NCBI GenBank assembly: GCA_965223905.1
Contig: CBDCXV010000010.1
Coordinates: 864,001-928,000, forward strand
Length of the DNA: 64,000 bases
Origin: Candidatus Latescibacterota bacterium
GTDB lineage: Bacteria; Latescibacterota; UBA2968; UBA8231
Direction of reading: 5' to 3'
Below the pieces are notes generated by a model that worked only from the letters and a program-made list of their open reading frames with translations, searched no databases and was not told the origin of the DNA. Below, in pieces: positions 9,612 to 19,708 of this stretch (positions are counted from its first letter, which is position 1; each line of letters starts with the position of its first letter). The position numbers were made by a program, and so were the translations under genes.

Positions 9612-11276
9612 TCACTCGTCGTCTGAAGCGTCGCTATCCGCAATGTTGGCGGCCGTCCGCTCCGCCGGCAGCGTTACGGTACGTTCACTCATGAACTCCC
9701 GCTCCCCGGCTATCAAGGTCTCAAGCCTGGCTCTGATCAAACCTACCCGATCGTCCTTTCGTAACGATTGGAGCGAGTCTTCACAAAAGCCGTGTGTGGG
9801 GAGTAACAACTTCAGGTCGTTGTCCGGTAAACCAGCCAAGCGGTCGAACGCTTGGCCGACTTGGTCCGCGTCGGAGAACATGCGGTTCGCTGGGCTGCTG
9901 AGATACTCTCCCAGTGGCCCTGGGCTGGAAAACACGTAGCCAACCGCTTTGGTTCCCCGAGCGGACAGAAGTTGACCGGGATCGAGGTCTTGCGGACTTC
10001 GCAAAGAACGAGGCCGGAGCGACGCAAGATAGAGAAGGAAGGCGCGGACGCGGGCGCTTCGACCATCGAAGCGCTCTGGAAACGGCTGAGCAGGCGCGTC
10101 GAGGTCCAACACGCTGAACCCGGCTCCAGTGCCCTTTGCAAGTTCGCGGATATCATTCAGCGCGTGCCTGGCCTGCGCTGTGTTGACGCTACCAAACCAG
10201 CCGGTGAATGAGGTCACCCAGAACCAGCGCTTGAGCAACTCTACCACTTCGTCCGCAGGCCGCGGGCACTGTCGAAAGAACTCACCGAGCAGCACAAACT
10301 GAAGCCCATAGGGAAGCAATCGATCGGACGTGACCCCCAGTTCCTTGAGGAAGCTTAGCGCGCTTCTGATTCCGTCCGCTGCCCGGTTGAAGGCCCCAGG
10401 AAGCTTTTCCCCGACTTCCGGCCTGACCATGAGGTCCGCCCAGTCCTTGGCGTATATATCCCGGTCAAGGGCTGCAAGCACCGACCTGAGCAAGAGAACG
10501 CGATCGAGATTCCCAAACCCCGATGCGTCGAGTTCCTCCTTGAACTCGTCCAGCTTCCTGGCAAGATGGAACTCCCCTTCCCGGTAGGTCAGGGCTGAAA
10601 CCATCTCGTCCGCCGCCATCTTGCGACCTGTACGGTTCAGCCGGGCAAAGACGGTTACTGCGCTGTCGAGGTCAGCCTCGCGGATATGGATGAGCGGGAG
10701 CTGATAGTTTCGAAACGCGTTTGCCAGCCGATCTGCCTGTTCGAGCCATCGTCGGGCAAAACTCTTGTCCGCAACTTCCGATTCGATGCGCCGGCAGGCA
10801 TCGATGAAACCGGCCGTGTGGAGCAGGCTCCGCATTGGGAAATGCTGCGGCTCGATTCCACTCGCGGGTGCCCTGAGGAACTCCCGGCTCTCCAAGTCGC
10901 AGTACACGCACCAGTCGACTTGATCAACTATCGATTTCACCCCATCAGGAAAATGCAGCGTGCCTACGAGGGTCGACACCCGCTGCTGACCGTCGAGCAG
11001 ATAGCCAACCACCCCGGCCGGTCTAGGACCGACTTCGACCGGCCCGATGCGCTCGGCGGTCTCGATCGTTTCCTCCGTGTCCCAGACAAGGATGGAGCCA
11101 ATCGGAATACCACGTAGAACACTGTCGAGCAACTGATGCAGGTCTTCCTGCTTCCAGACGAAAGGACGTTGGAATCTGGGAATGCGGATTTTTCCAGCCG
11201 CAATCTTTTCCACGAGCTTGCCCAGGAAAACAACCTCTGTAAGGAACTCGGTGCGACTACGATTGCTGTTGGACAT
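9612..11276 (-). CDS. DUF262 (GmrS/ParB-like) domain protein
   Basis: IPRFQRPFVW, PIGSILVW, LLDGQQR, VFARLNRTG. Confidence 0.9.
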   Translation of the reverse strand: MSNSNRSRTEFLTEVVFLGKLVEKIAAGKIRIPRFQRPFVWKQEDLHQLLDSVLRGIPIGSILVWDTEETIETAERIGPVEVGPRPAGVVGYLLDGQQRVSTLVGTLHFPDGVKSIVDQVDWCVYCDLESREFLRAPASGIEPQHFPMRSLLHTAGFIDACRRIESEVADKSFARRWLEQADRLANAFRNYQLPLIHIREADLDSAVTVFARLNRTGRKMAADEMVSALTYREGEFHLARKLDEFKEELDASGFGNLDRVLLLRSVLAALDRDIYAKDWADLMVRPEVGEKLPGAFNRAADGIRSALSFLKELGVTSDRLLPYGLQFVLLGEFFRQCPRPADEVVELLKRWFWVTSFTGWFGSVNTAQARHALNDIRELAKGTGAGFSVLDLDAPAQPFPERFDGRSARVRAFLLYLASLRPRSLRSPQDLDPGQLLSARGTKAVGYVFSSPGPLGEYLSSPANRMFSDADQVGQAFDRLAGLPDNDLKLLLPTHGFCEDSLQSLRKDDRVGLIRARLETLIAGEREFMSERTVTLPAERTAANIADSDASDDE

Positions 11277-12233
11277 CTATACTTCCTCTCGAATCAGGCC
11301 GATGCCACGCTCAAGGTCGGATTGTCCGCGCAGTTCGTTCTTGGCCTGCACTCCCCACAGAGTCCAGCACTTGTACACGTTCGGTCCGAATCCACGAGAG
11401 AGAGTCGTTCGGTCTACGGAAGACAGTCCATCGAAAAGTTCCTTCTCAATTCCGGATGGCGCTTCCGGCAACCCACTCTTCATGTCGAAGAAATCCTTCT
11501 GATCCTCGTTGAGTCTGTCCCATGCATCAACCAACCGGGCATGGTCCCCACCTGCATCTTGTCGCTCATCGAGTAGGATTCGGGGCAGGTAGTTCTCGGC
11601 TTCCCGTTTGGCGAGGACCCAGCAGGAAACACCCAGCGTCTGGCATTTGCGGCGCAGCTTTCGAGCGGCATCGCTTTCCGTATCGCCGGGACCCTTCCGG
11701 TCGCTGTCGATGATTGCAACCAAGCGCGGGGGATGCGGCTTTCCCTGCATCCGGTGCTCAACCTCGTCCGGCATTTGTCCCGTGCCACCCACGCTGTCAA
11801 TCCGGATCGGATCTCCCGGCTTATGCCAAACCCCATTCAGGGCTCTGTCGAGCTCCGCAACAATGCGTTGCACAAACGCCCCGTCACTTTGCCGATTCTC
11901 GACCAGAATCCAGAGTGGTTCGTCGGCAAAGCGGAAAGCGTTTTCGGGGGTGAATTCATCCGCCGTGCTCGGACGCGCTGTCACTCGCACTCGTTTCCGG
12001 TGCGGTTCCAGGGTCCAGGCCCCGCGCTGAATGGATGCAACCAGCATTTGGCGCACCCAGTCGCCTTGGCCTTCGCGGCTACGAATCCAAGCTGCGTCCT
12101 TGAAGACGTTGGGGTCCACCTGACCGGTAGTGTCCCACACGTGCCAGCCGTCTTCGATTTTGTAGAGAATGCGATCCAGCCATTGGTGAGCATCCGGATC
12201 GTTCGCTACGCCTGAGTCGATCTCGATGCGCAC
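11277..12233 (-). CDS. Putative TOPRIM-like (OLD/DUF4435-type) nuclease
   Basis: LVEN..SD, IIDSD (DxD), REAENYLP; abuts both neighbours. Confidence 0.65.
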   Translation of the reverse strand: MRIEIDSGVANDPDAHQWLDRILYKIEDGWHVWDTTGQVDPNVFKDAAWIRSREGQGDWVRQMLVASIQRGAWTLEPHRKRVRVTARPSTADEFTPENAFRFADEPLWILVENRQSDGAFVQRIVAELDRALNGVWHKPGDPIRIDSVGGTGQMPDEVEHRMQGKPHPPRLVAIIDSDRKGPGDTESDAARKLRRKCQTLGVSCWVLAKREAENYLPRILLDERQDAGGDHARLVDAWDRLNEDQKDFFDMKSGLPEAPSGIEKELFDGLSSVDRTTLSRGFGPNVYKCWTLWGVQAKNELRGQSDLERGIGLIREEV

Positions 12234-12239
12234 CGCGCC

Positions 12240-13469
12240 TTATTCCTTCGGCCTGGCGGCGCGCCGGATAGCCAGGATCTCTTCATAGTCTTCGATGAAG
12301 ACGCCATCGGGCCAGCTATCCATCTCGCCGTTCTCGTTTATCTTGATTTTCTGCAAAATGGATCCGGCACCCTCCTCCGCGTGAACCCAGTAAACAAGGA
12401 CATTTTCGGCGGGCAGCTTCCCCTCCGCGATCCAGCGTCTCGCGCGAAGCAGCACCATCTCCGAATGAGTCTCGACCACCATGGGCCGCGCGGGTCCTGC
12501 GAGGTTGTTGAGCAGGAGCTCCGCGATATCCGCGTGGGCTGCCGGATGGAGCTCAGCTTCCGGATGCTCGATGACGTCGACACCGGGCCCTGCCTTGCGG
12601 GTCGTCAGGGCCATGACCACGACCGGGAGAACATGCGAGAGACCTCGACCGGATTGCTCCAGTCGGACGTTGCCGTTTCGAACCTGCGTTCCGGCTACGA
12701 GTTCCGAGTAGATTCCCTGGGCCGCCACGTCGATGCTCACCCCGAAAGCATTACGGTACCATTGCCGAGCCGATTCCCTCAACTCGTCGTCCGCCGCCAA
12801 AGCCAGGGGCGTTTTCTCCCCCTTCGGCCCAAGAACATGAGGCGAATATTCTGCCGTGGTGAAAGGTGATGCAGGGATGAGGCGTGGACACTGCAAGTGG
12901 CGAACGCCGTGTGCCCATTCTCTCAGTGGTCCGAGTTTGGCTCCGACCCATTGCGCAAGGTTGTTCGGCTGGCGGGGAATCAATCCTCGCCAATCGATTT
13001 GCTGTGGTTCCCGCGCCCTCCCCGACCCAATAACCGTGTAGGGAGAACGTGCGTCGAAGCCTTGCCTTTCTACCTTTACTTCTTGCCCGCCAATCCTGAG
13101 GCTCCATTCCGAGATTTGTCGCTCGGACCGGGGCGGCGCTTCCACATTCCTGACCGTTGCAGCGAGCGTCACCTCGCTGCTATTGTCCGCCAGGGTTGCG
13201 GACATGCGAAGCCAACCATGTACTGTGCGCCCGGACACTAAATCCTCGAACCTCTCGGCGTGGCGGATTCCACCGGACTCAAGCGGAAGCGGTTCCGACG
13301 TGTTCTCATCCGGGGCGGCCAATCCGCCCGCCAACAACTGAATCGCCTGCCCCAGCGCCGTCTTGCCGGAGTTATTCGCTCCCACCAGGATAGTCAAAGG
13401 AGCGAATTCCACCTCGGTCGGGTCGGCGTAACCTTTATACCGTTCGATACTGAACTTTCGAAGTTGCAC
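12240..13469 (-). CDS. ABC-type ATPase (AAA_15/AAA_21) with DUF3696-like C-terminus
   Basis: Walker A GANNSGKT, SGRG signature, VIEHPEAELHP, ETHS, ENGEMDSWPDGVF. Confidence 0.9.
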   Translation of the reverse strand: MQLRKFSIERYKGYADPTEVEFAPLTILVGANNSGKTALGQAIQLLAGGLAAPDENTSEPLPLESGGIRHAERFEDLVSGRTVHGWLRMSATLADNSSEVTLAATVRNVEAPPRSERQISEWSLRIGGQEVKVERQGFDARSPYTVIGSGRAREPQQIDWRGLIPRQPNNLAQWVGAKLGPLREWAHGVRHLQCPRLIPASPFTTAEYSPHVLGPKGEKTPLALAADDELRESARQWYRNAFGVSIDVAAQGIYSELVAGTQVRNGNVRLEQSGRGLSHVLPVVVMALTTRKAGPGVDVIEHPEAELHPAAHADIAELLLNNLAGPARPMVVETHSEMVLLRARRWIAEGKLPAENVLVYWVHAEEGAGSILQKIKINENGEMDSWPDGVFIEDYEEILAIRRAARPKE

Positions 13470-13856
13470 TACCGATTACCCTGGCAAAGTGTGAGGGAAA
13501 CTCAGCTTGGAAATTGAAGCTACTCCGGACCCGTGACTTGATGACTTGGGAAGAACATAACGCCATGGGAGAAATAGCCAAGATGAGCGGTGTCCTACGA
13601 CCGGGCAAGAAGCAAGAAGGTGGGCAGGTTCAGCTCGGTTGACCATCATCGCCGAACGTCTCTCGGAGGGGTGCGGTTCCGTTCATTGGTGCCTTTCAGT
13701 GGTCAGATCAACGGAGTATGTTACTCCAACGGGCAGCAGATCGGGAGCCCTGCCTGGCCAAGAATGCCTTTTACAAACGGAGTCAGTGCACGCTTGGGAC
13801 CCGATGCGGTCGCCGTGGGTACACCTTTCGAGTAACCAAGCGAATCTGAGAAGATC

Positions 13857-14849
13857 TTGAAAATCGGGATCGCCGGGACCGGCAACGTCGCCAGGGCCAA
13901 CTACATGCCCTGCCTGACCGCGGAGAAGGACGTCGAGCTCGGCTACTACAACCGCACCCCGAGCAAGGCGGAGGAGTTCGCCGCGGACTTCGGGGGGCAG
14001 GCATTTTCTTCTCCGGGGGACCTGGTCGCCTGGGAGCCGGATGCGATCCTCGTGCTGACCAGGGAGAACGACCGCTTCGAAGCCGCCTCCGCCCTGCTCG
14101 CGCACCGGCCCAAGCGACTGTTCTTCGAAAAACCGCTGGTCGCCCGCGACGGGCAGGCCGCGGTGAGGCAGCAGGACTTCCTCGACGCCCGCTCCCTCAT
14201 GCGGAAGGCGGATGCCCGCGGCTGCGAGACGGCGATGGTGTTCAACTACCGCTTCTTCGACCAGGTGCAGCTTGCCGAGAAAATCGTCGCCGAGCGTTCC
14301 TTCGGGGCGGTGGTGAACTTCACGGGGCTGGTCCACTTCGCCTGCTGGAGCCACGCCATCGACCTGGTCCACCACTTCGCGGGGCCGGTAGCCGAGCTCG
14401 CGGCCCTGGAGGGCGAAGGAACCCGGGGAGGCCGCGCCGGGGCGAAGGACGTCACCGCTACCATGCGCACCGCCGGGGACGCCACGGGCACCCTGATCGG
14501 CACCTCCGCTCTCGATTGGACCTTCCCGCTCTTCGAGCTGACCCTGAACTTCGAGGGGGGCCGCATTCACCTCCGCGACCTCGACGGCGACATGGAGGTG
14601 CTCGATCACGCCTCAGGGCGTTCCGAACTGCACGCCATCCCGAAGGACAAGTCCCGCTGGGACCAGTACAAGGTCTCGTTCGTCAAGTCGGTCACCGCCT
14701 ACCTGCAGTCGCTGCGTGCTGGTGAGCCGCCTCCGGTCCCCGGGGTCGCCGGTCTGCGGGAGCTGCAGGTCGAGGCCGCAATCAGGCGCTCCATCGTCGC
14801 CGGGCGCCCCGTAGACCTCGAGGCGGAGCTGCCCCTTGACGGTCCTTGA
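13857..14849 (+). CDS. Gfo/Idh/MocA family oxidoreductase
   Basis: IGIAGTGNVA, FFEKP, FNYRF, HAID; TTG start. Confidence 0.9.
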   Translation: MKIGIAGTGNVARANYMPCLTAEKDVELGYYNRTPSKAEEFAADFGGQAFSSPGDLVAWEPDAILVLTRENDRFEAASALLAHRPKRLFFEKPLVARDGQAAVRQQDFLDARSLMRKADARGCETAMVFNYRFFDQVQLAEKIVAERSFGAVVNFTGLVHFACWSHAIDLVHHFAGPVAELAALEGEGTRGGRAGAKDVTATMRTAGDATGTLIGTSALDWTFPLFELTLNFEGGRIHLRDLDGDMEVLDHASGRSELHAIPKDKSRWDQYKVSFVKSVTAYLQSLRAGEPPPVPGVAGLRELQVEAAIRRSIVAGRPVDLEAELPLDGP

Positions 14850-15125
14850 TGAAAGCTGGTTTCCGCTGCTGGTCACAGACACGGTGAACTTTCCCCGATT
14901 CTTCCGTTTGAAAGACGGCTTTCACCTGCGGCCGTGATCGCTGAAATCCGGCTCGGGGTGAGACTCCCTGCGGCGAACCCTTTGGCGTCACTTTCGGTCG
15001 CCGGGGATTCCCTGCGCTCGCCGGCCGAGACTTCTCGTGGACTCCCCCGCGTTCCTGATCGCCGCGGATTTCCCTTGCCCGCCCCTGCGGCGCCCCTTCC
15101 CCGCGGCCGCGATCCCTGAACGACC

Positions 15126-16130
15126 ATGAAATCCGTACATCTCCTCGGTGAGGGCGCGGTCGCCTGCATCGACGCCCCGGACCCGGAACCGGGCCCCGGC
15201 CAGGTGCTCGTCGACACCCGCGTCTCCGCCCTGTGCGGGAGCGAGCTCAAGTCCTACCGGGGGGAAGGCATGGAAACCGGCAACTCCGGGCACGAGGCGG
15301 CCGGCGTCGTCTCCGGGGTCGGTCCGGGCGTCAGCGCTCCGAGGGTGGGACAGCGGGTCGGCGTCAGCGCCATCAGCGGCTGCGGCGATTGCCCCTGCTG
15401 CGCGCGCGGCCAGTACACCTGGTGCGAGAAGCGGAGCTACCACGGCAGCACTCATTCCGAGCGCTTCGTCACCGCGGCCAACGCCTGCCACGTACTGCCC
15501 GACGACGTTCCGTGGGAGGCGGGGGTGCTGCTGACCGGAGACGGATTCGGCGTCCCCTACCATACCTCGACCAAGCTCCGGAACGAGCCCGTCGACTGCG
15601 TCGCCGTTTTCGGGATGGGTCCCATCGGTCTCGGCAACACCCTGATGCAGACCTGGCTCGGCAGGAAGGTCATCGCCGTCGACTTGTCCCGGGAGCGGCT
15701 CGATCTCGCCAGGAAGCTGGGGGCCGCCCATACCATCGATGCCGGTGGCACCGAGGACGTGCCGGAGGCGATCCGCCGGTTGACCGGGAACAGGGGGGCG
15801 GACGTCTGCATCGAGGCCGCGGGCCGCCCCGAGACCGCCAGGCAGTGCTTCCGCGCCGTGCGCACCGCGGGCACCGTGGTCTTCAACGGCGAGCAGCCGG
15901 AGGTCGAGCTGTCGCCGAGCGCAGACTTCATCCGCCGCGACATCACCGCGGTCGGCTCCTGGTACTACCACTTCAGCGAGTTCCCCGAGATGCTCGCCCT
16001 CTACCGGGCCGGCCTCGATGTCGAGCGGCTGATCACCCACCGATTTCCCCTCGAAGAAGCGGACGAGGGCTTCCGCCTGATGGCTGCCGGCCTCACCGGC
16101 AAGGTCCTGCTGCAGGTCGGCGAGGGGTGA
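15126..16130 (+). CDS. Zinc-dependent alcohol/polyol dehydrogenase (MDR family)
   Basis: CGSE, GHE, CGDCPCC...C, GMGPIG. Confidence 0.93.
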   Translation: MKSVHLLGEGAVACIDAPDPEPGPGQVLVDTRVSALCGSELKSYRGEGMETGNSGHEAAGVVSGVGPGVSAPRVGQRVGVSAISGCGDCPCCARGQYTWCEKRSYHGSTHSERFVTAANACHVLPDDVPWEAGVLLTGDGFGVPYHTSTKLRNEPVDCVAVFGMGPIGLGNTLMQTWLGRKVIAVDLSRERLDLARKLGAAHTIDAGGTEDVPEAIRRLTGNRGADVCIEAAGRPETARQCFRAVRTAGTVVFNGEQPEVELSPSADFIRRDITAVGSWYYHFSEFPEMLALYRAGLDVERLITHRFPLEEADEGFRLMAAGLTGKVLLQVGEG

Positions 16131-16243
16131 AGCTGCCCCGGGGCTTGCCTGCCGCCCCGCCCCGGCCGCGGCGATTGACAGGGAATTCGGGTCGCGTTTC
16201 TTCCAGCCCGGAACTGCACCCAAGGCAACCTGCGAAACCCCCC

Positions 16244-17074
16244 ATGCCCCGCATCGACGACCGCGACTGGAGCCGGCTCTCCCTCGGCGAATGCATCCGC
16301 CACCTCGAAGTGGAGGGGTACGTCCTCCTTCCCGAGCGCCTGCCGCCCGACCTCATCGCCCGGCTCAAGAGCCAGTGCGCCGGGTTCGAAACCACCCATG
16401 TCGACTACAGCGTCCACCAGCGCGGCAAGTCCTCGGTGCAGTTCGCCGGCGGCGCCGTCACCGAGCTGATCGCCTGGCCGCCGACCATCGAGTTCCTCGA
16501 AAAACTGTGCGGCGAGGTGGTCGCCATGTCCTACGACTACAGCCGCTCCGAGCCGGGCCACCCCGGGATCAGCCTCCACTGCGACGGCCAGCCCTGGGGG
16601 TCGAAGATCTTCGAAGCGGAGTACACCTGCCCCAGACTGCTGCGGGTGCTCTACTACCTCGACGACCTCGTGCCCGAGGTCTCCCCCTTCCGCGTGGTGC
16701 CGCGCACCCACCTGAGCTTCCACAACCAGGCCAACCCCTACCTGCGCTACGAGGAGCACCCCGAGGAGGTGATGGTGACCTGCAAAGCCGGCTCGGCGCT
16801 GGTGTTCAACAACAACGTCTTCCACGGCAACTACCCCAACACCGGCACGTACGCGCGCGAGTCGCTGCAGATCTCCTACCGGCCGACCTGGGCCGGGCCC
16901 GCCGAACCGATCGCCCCCTGGGACGAGGTGGAGGTCGCCAAACTGTCGCCGCAGGTGCGCCGCCTGATGGGGGACCGCAGCGGCCGCATCTGGATTCCCG
17001 AGGGGGGCAACAAGCCGCCCGGCATGGCGTCGGAAGCGCCCGGCATCAACCCGAGCCGCTGGCAGCTACCGTGA
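16244..17074 (+). CDS. Phytanoyl-CoA dioxygenase (PhyH) family protein
   Basis: EVEGYV, LHCD, YYLDD, VVPRTH, AGSALVF, FHG. Confidence 0.88.
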   Translation: MPRIDDRDWSRLSLGECIRHLEVEGYVLLPERLPPDLIARLKSQCAGFETTHVDYSVHQRGKSSVQFAGGAVTELIAWPPTIEFLEKLCGEVVAMSYDYSRSEPGHPGISLHCDGQPWGSKIFEAEYTCPRLLRVLYYLDDLVPEVSPFRVVPRTHLSFHNQANPYLRYEEHPEEVMVTCKAGSALVFNNNVFHGNYPNTGTYARESLQISYRPTWAGPAEPIAPWDEVEVAKLSPQVRRLMGDRSGRIWIPEGGNKPPGMASEAPGINPSRWQLP

Positions 17075-17997
17075 GCGCCGCGGTCGAACTGCAGCGGGCC
17101 GTCGTCGAGGGCTCCGGTCCCGGGCCCCACCTGCTGATCACCGGGGGAGTGCATGGCGACGAGTTCGAGTCGATGGTCGCCGTCCGCCGCCTGATCAGCC
17201 ATTTCGACGGCACCTCCCGCGATGAGCTTCGCGGCCGCCTCACCCTCGTGACGGTCGTCAACGAGGCGGCTTTCCTGCGCGGCGCCCGCACCGCGCAGGA
17301 CGGCCTCGACCTGGCGCGCGTCTGCCCCGGCGACCCCGACGGCTCGGTGACCGAACGCACCGCCCACGCCCTCAGCGAGCTGATCCGCTCGTCCGACTGC
17401 TACATCGACCTGCACACCGGCGGCTCTCCCTCCTCGGTGTGGCCGATGTCGGGGTACGGCCTGCACCCCGACCCCGCGATCCTCGACAGGCAGCGCGCCA
17501 TGGCGAAGGCCTTCAACCTGCCGGTGATCTGGGGCACGACCGCGACGCTCCAGGGCCGCTCCCTGTCGGTGGCCCGCGACGCCGGCGTCGCCGCGATCTA
17601 CGCCGAGTACCAGGGCTCGGGCAGGTGCGATCCGGAAGGGGCGGAAGCGTACTTCGAAGGCTGCCTGAACGTCATGGCCACGCTGGACATGATCGCGCGC
17701 CCGGCGCCGGTTTCGCGGGTCGAGCACGTGGTCGAGGACGACCGCCCCGGCTCCGGCGACATGGGGCTGCACAACCAGACGCCGGTCACCGGCTACTTCG
17801 AAGCCGCGGTGCAGCTCGGCGACCGCGTGCGTGAAGGGGACCTGCTGGGCACGGTGGGCGACCCCCTCGGCTCCGCGGTGCACGAGATGCGGGCCGAGCG
17901 CAGCGGGCACATCCTCGTCCTGCGCACCTTTCCGCGCGTGCTCAAAGGGGACATGGTCGCCGTGATTCTCGAAACCGATCGAAAGGAGAACCTATGA
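17071..17997 (+). CDS. Succinylglutamate desuccinylase/aspartoacylase family protein
   Basis: GVHGDE, DLARVCPG, IDLHTGG; GTGA overlap with upstream gene. Confidence 0.9.
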   Translation: MSAAVELQRAVVEGSGPGPHLLITGGVHGDEFESMVAVRRLISHFDGTSRDELRGRLTLVTVVNEAAFLRGARTAQDGLDLARVCPGDPDGSVTERTAHALSELIRSSDCYIDLHTGGSPSSVWPMSGYGLHPDPAILDRQRAMAKAFNLPVIWGTTATLQGRSLSVARDAGVAAIYAEYQGSGRCDPEGAEAYFEGCLNVMATLDMIARPAPVSRVEHVVEDDRPGSGDMGLHNQTPVTGYFEAAVQLGDRVREGDLLGTVGDPLGSAVHEMRAERSGHILVLRTFPRVLKGDMVAVILETDRKENL

Positions 17998-18974
17998 AAA
18001 TCGCTTTGGCGCTCGGCCCGGAGGCAGGGGCCGTATCGACCTTCGGCAGCCAGTGCGGCGTCGGGCACGCGGTCGGCACCTTCGGCCTCGAGCCCATACC
18101 GGACAAATCGATAGAGGACGAGGCGCAGCCGTTCAGCCGCGTCTCCCTGGCCCGCTTCAAGGCGCAGTACGAGAAGATGGGATACCGGCTTTCGGTGATC
18201 GAAAGCCGCCCCCCGATGGAGGAGATCAAGCTCGCCCTGCCGGGCCGCGACGAGGAGATCGCCGTCGTCTGCGAGTTCATCCGCAACATGGGAGCCGCCG
18301 GCATCCCGGTCTGGTGCCCGGCCTGGATGCCCGTCCACTTCGTCATCCGCACCTCCTCCGACATCCCGACCCGGGGCGGCGCCAAGGTGACCGGCTTCGA
18401 CCTCGAGGAGTTCAACAGGACCCACCCGGCCGGCGAGCACGGCGAGATCACCGAGGAGGAGCAGTGGGACAACCTGAAGTACTTCCTCGAGCGCGTCGTG
18501 CCGGTAGCCGAAGAGGCCAACGTCAAGCTCGCCATGCATCCCGACGACCCGCCGCTGTCGCCGATCCAGGGGGTGGCCCGCATCATCAGCAGCGTCGAGA
18601 ACTACCAGAAGATGGTCGATCTCGTGCCCAGCCCGGTGAACGGCATCGGCCTCTGCCAGGGGAACTTCGGCCTCATGACCGACGACCTGCCGAGCGTCAT
18701 CCGCCACTTCGGCGAGCAGAAGAAGGTCCACTTCGTCCACTTCCGCGACATCCGGGGGACCCCGGCGAAGTTCGACGAGGCCTTCCACGACGACGGCAAG
18801 CACGACATGGCGGCCTGCGTCCGCGCCTACCGCGACACCGGGTACGAGGGGGTGGCGCGCCCCGACCATTTCCCGCAGCTGACCTGGGAGGATTTCGCCG
18901 ACACGCACTCGATGGAGCGCCTCTACGCCATCGGCTACATGAGAGGCCTGATCGAGGCGGTGTACAGCGAGTGA
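17994..18974 (+). CDS. uxuA: Mannonate dehydratase family protein
   Basis: YFLERVVPVAEE, HPDDPP, HFVHFRD, RPDH, YAIGYMRG. Confidence 0.85.
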   Translation: MKIALALGPEAGAVSTFGSQCGVGHAVGTFGLEPIPDKSIEDEAQPFSRVSLARFKAQYEKMGYRLSVIESRPPMEEIKLALPGRDEEIAVVCEFIRNMGAAGIPVWCPAWMPVHFVIRTSSDIPTRGGAKVTGFDLEEFNRTHPAGEHGEITEEEQWDNLKYFLERVVPVAEEANVKLAMHPDDPPLSPIQGVARIISSVENYQKMVDLVPSPVNGIGLCQGNFGLMTDDLPSVIRHFGEQKKVHFVHFRDIRGTPAKFDEAFHDDGKHDMAACVRAYRDTGYEGVARPDHFPQLTWEDFADTHSMERLYAIGYMRGLIEAVYSE

Positions 18975-19708
18975 CGCCGCATCCCACCCCGGTCGCCGTT
19001 GCCCGCGCCCTCGGCCGCGCCGCGGGCGGCCTGCGCTTCGCCGCCCCGGTCGCGCACGTGTACAACCCGCTGGCGTACGCCTTCGAAGCGCACACCGCCT
19101 ACCTCGAACGCTACTGCCGGCGCTGCGCCGAGGTGCTGCTCGTCGGCATGAACCCCGGGCCCTGGGGCATGATGCAGACCGGGGTCCCGTTCGGCGAGGT
19201 CGAGCTGGTCAGGGACTGGCTCGGCATCGACCGCGGGGTGAGCCGGCCCCGCTCCCAGCACCCCAGGCGGGCGATCGAGGGCTTCGACTGCCAGCGCAGC
19301 GAGGTCAGCGGCCGGCGCTTCTGGGGGTGGGCGCGGGACCGCTTCGGCAACCCGGACCGCTTCTTCGACAGCTTCTTCGTCTGGAACTACTGCCCCCTGG
19401 CCTTCCTCGAGGAAAGCGGCCGCAACCGCACCCCCGACAAGCTGCCCCAGGAGGAGCGCGAACCCCTGTTCGCCGCCTGCGACCGCGCCCTCCGGCAGAT
19501 CGCCGAGCACGTATCGCCGTCGTTCGTCCTCGGGGTCGGCAGGTTCGGCTGGGACCGGGCCCGCGCCGCCCTCGGCGACGGCACCTTCCAGATGGGACAG
19601 ATCCTGCACCCGAGCCCGGCGAGCCCCGCGGCCAACCGCGGCTGGGCAGGCCAGGTCGAGAAGCAGCTCGCCGCCGTCGGCATCCCGCTGCCGTCGGGAT
19701 CCCGTTGA
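18971..19708 (+). CDS. SMUG1-family uracil-DNA glycosylase
   Basis: VYNPL.YA, GMNPGPWGM.QTGVPFG, SEVSG.RFW, NYCPL, HPSPA. Confidence 0.92.
   Translation: MTPHPTPVAVARALGRAAGGLRFAAPVAHVYNPLAYAFEAHTAYLERYCRRCAEVLLVGMNPGPWGMMQTGVPFGEVELVRDWLGIDRGVSRPRSQHPRRAIEGFDCQRSEVSGRRFWGWARDRFGNPDRFFDSFFVWNYCPLAFLEESGRNRTPDKLPQEEREPLFAACDRALRQIAEHVSPSFVLGVGRFGWDRARAALGDGTFQMGQILHPSPASPAANRGWAGQVEKQLAAVGIPLPSGSR

Noticed and set aside
9330-14121. Prophage or integrative element with attL/attR
   Set aside because: No integrase or phage genes are present, and the repeats are long diverged coding duplicates rather than att cores.
14930-15120. Dispersed intergenic repeat with 54590-54660 (cgg.gaaccctt..ggc.tca)
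   Set aside because: The similarity is too short and GC-rich to support.
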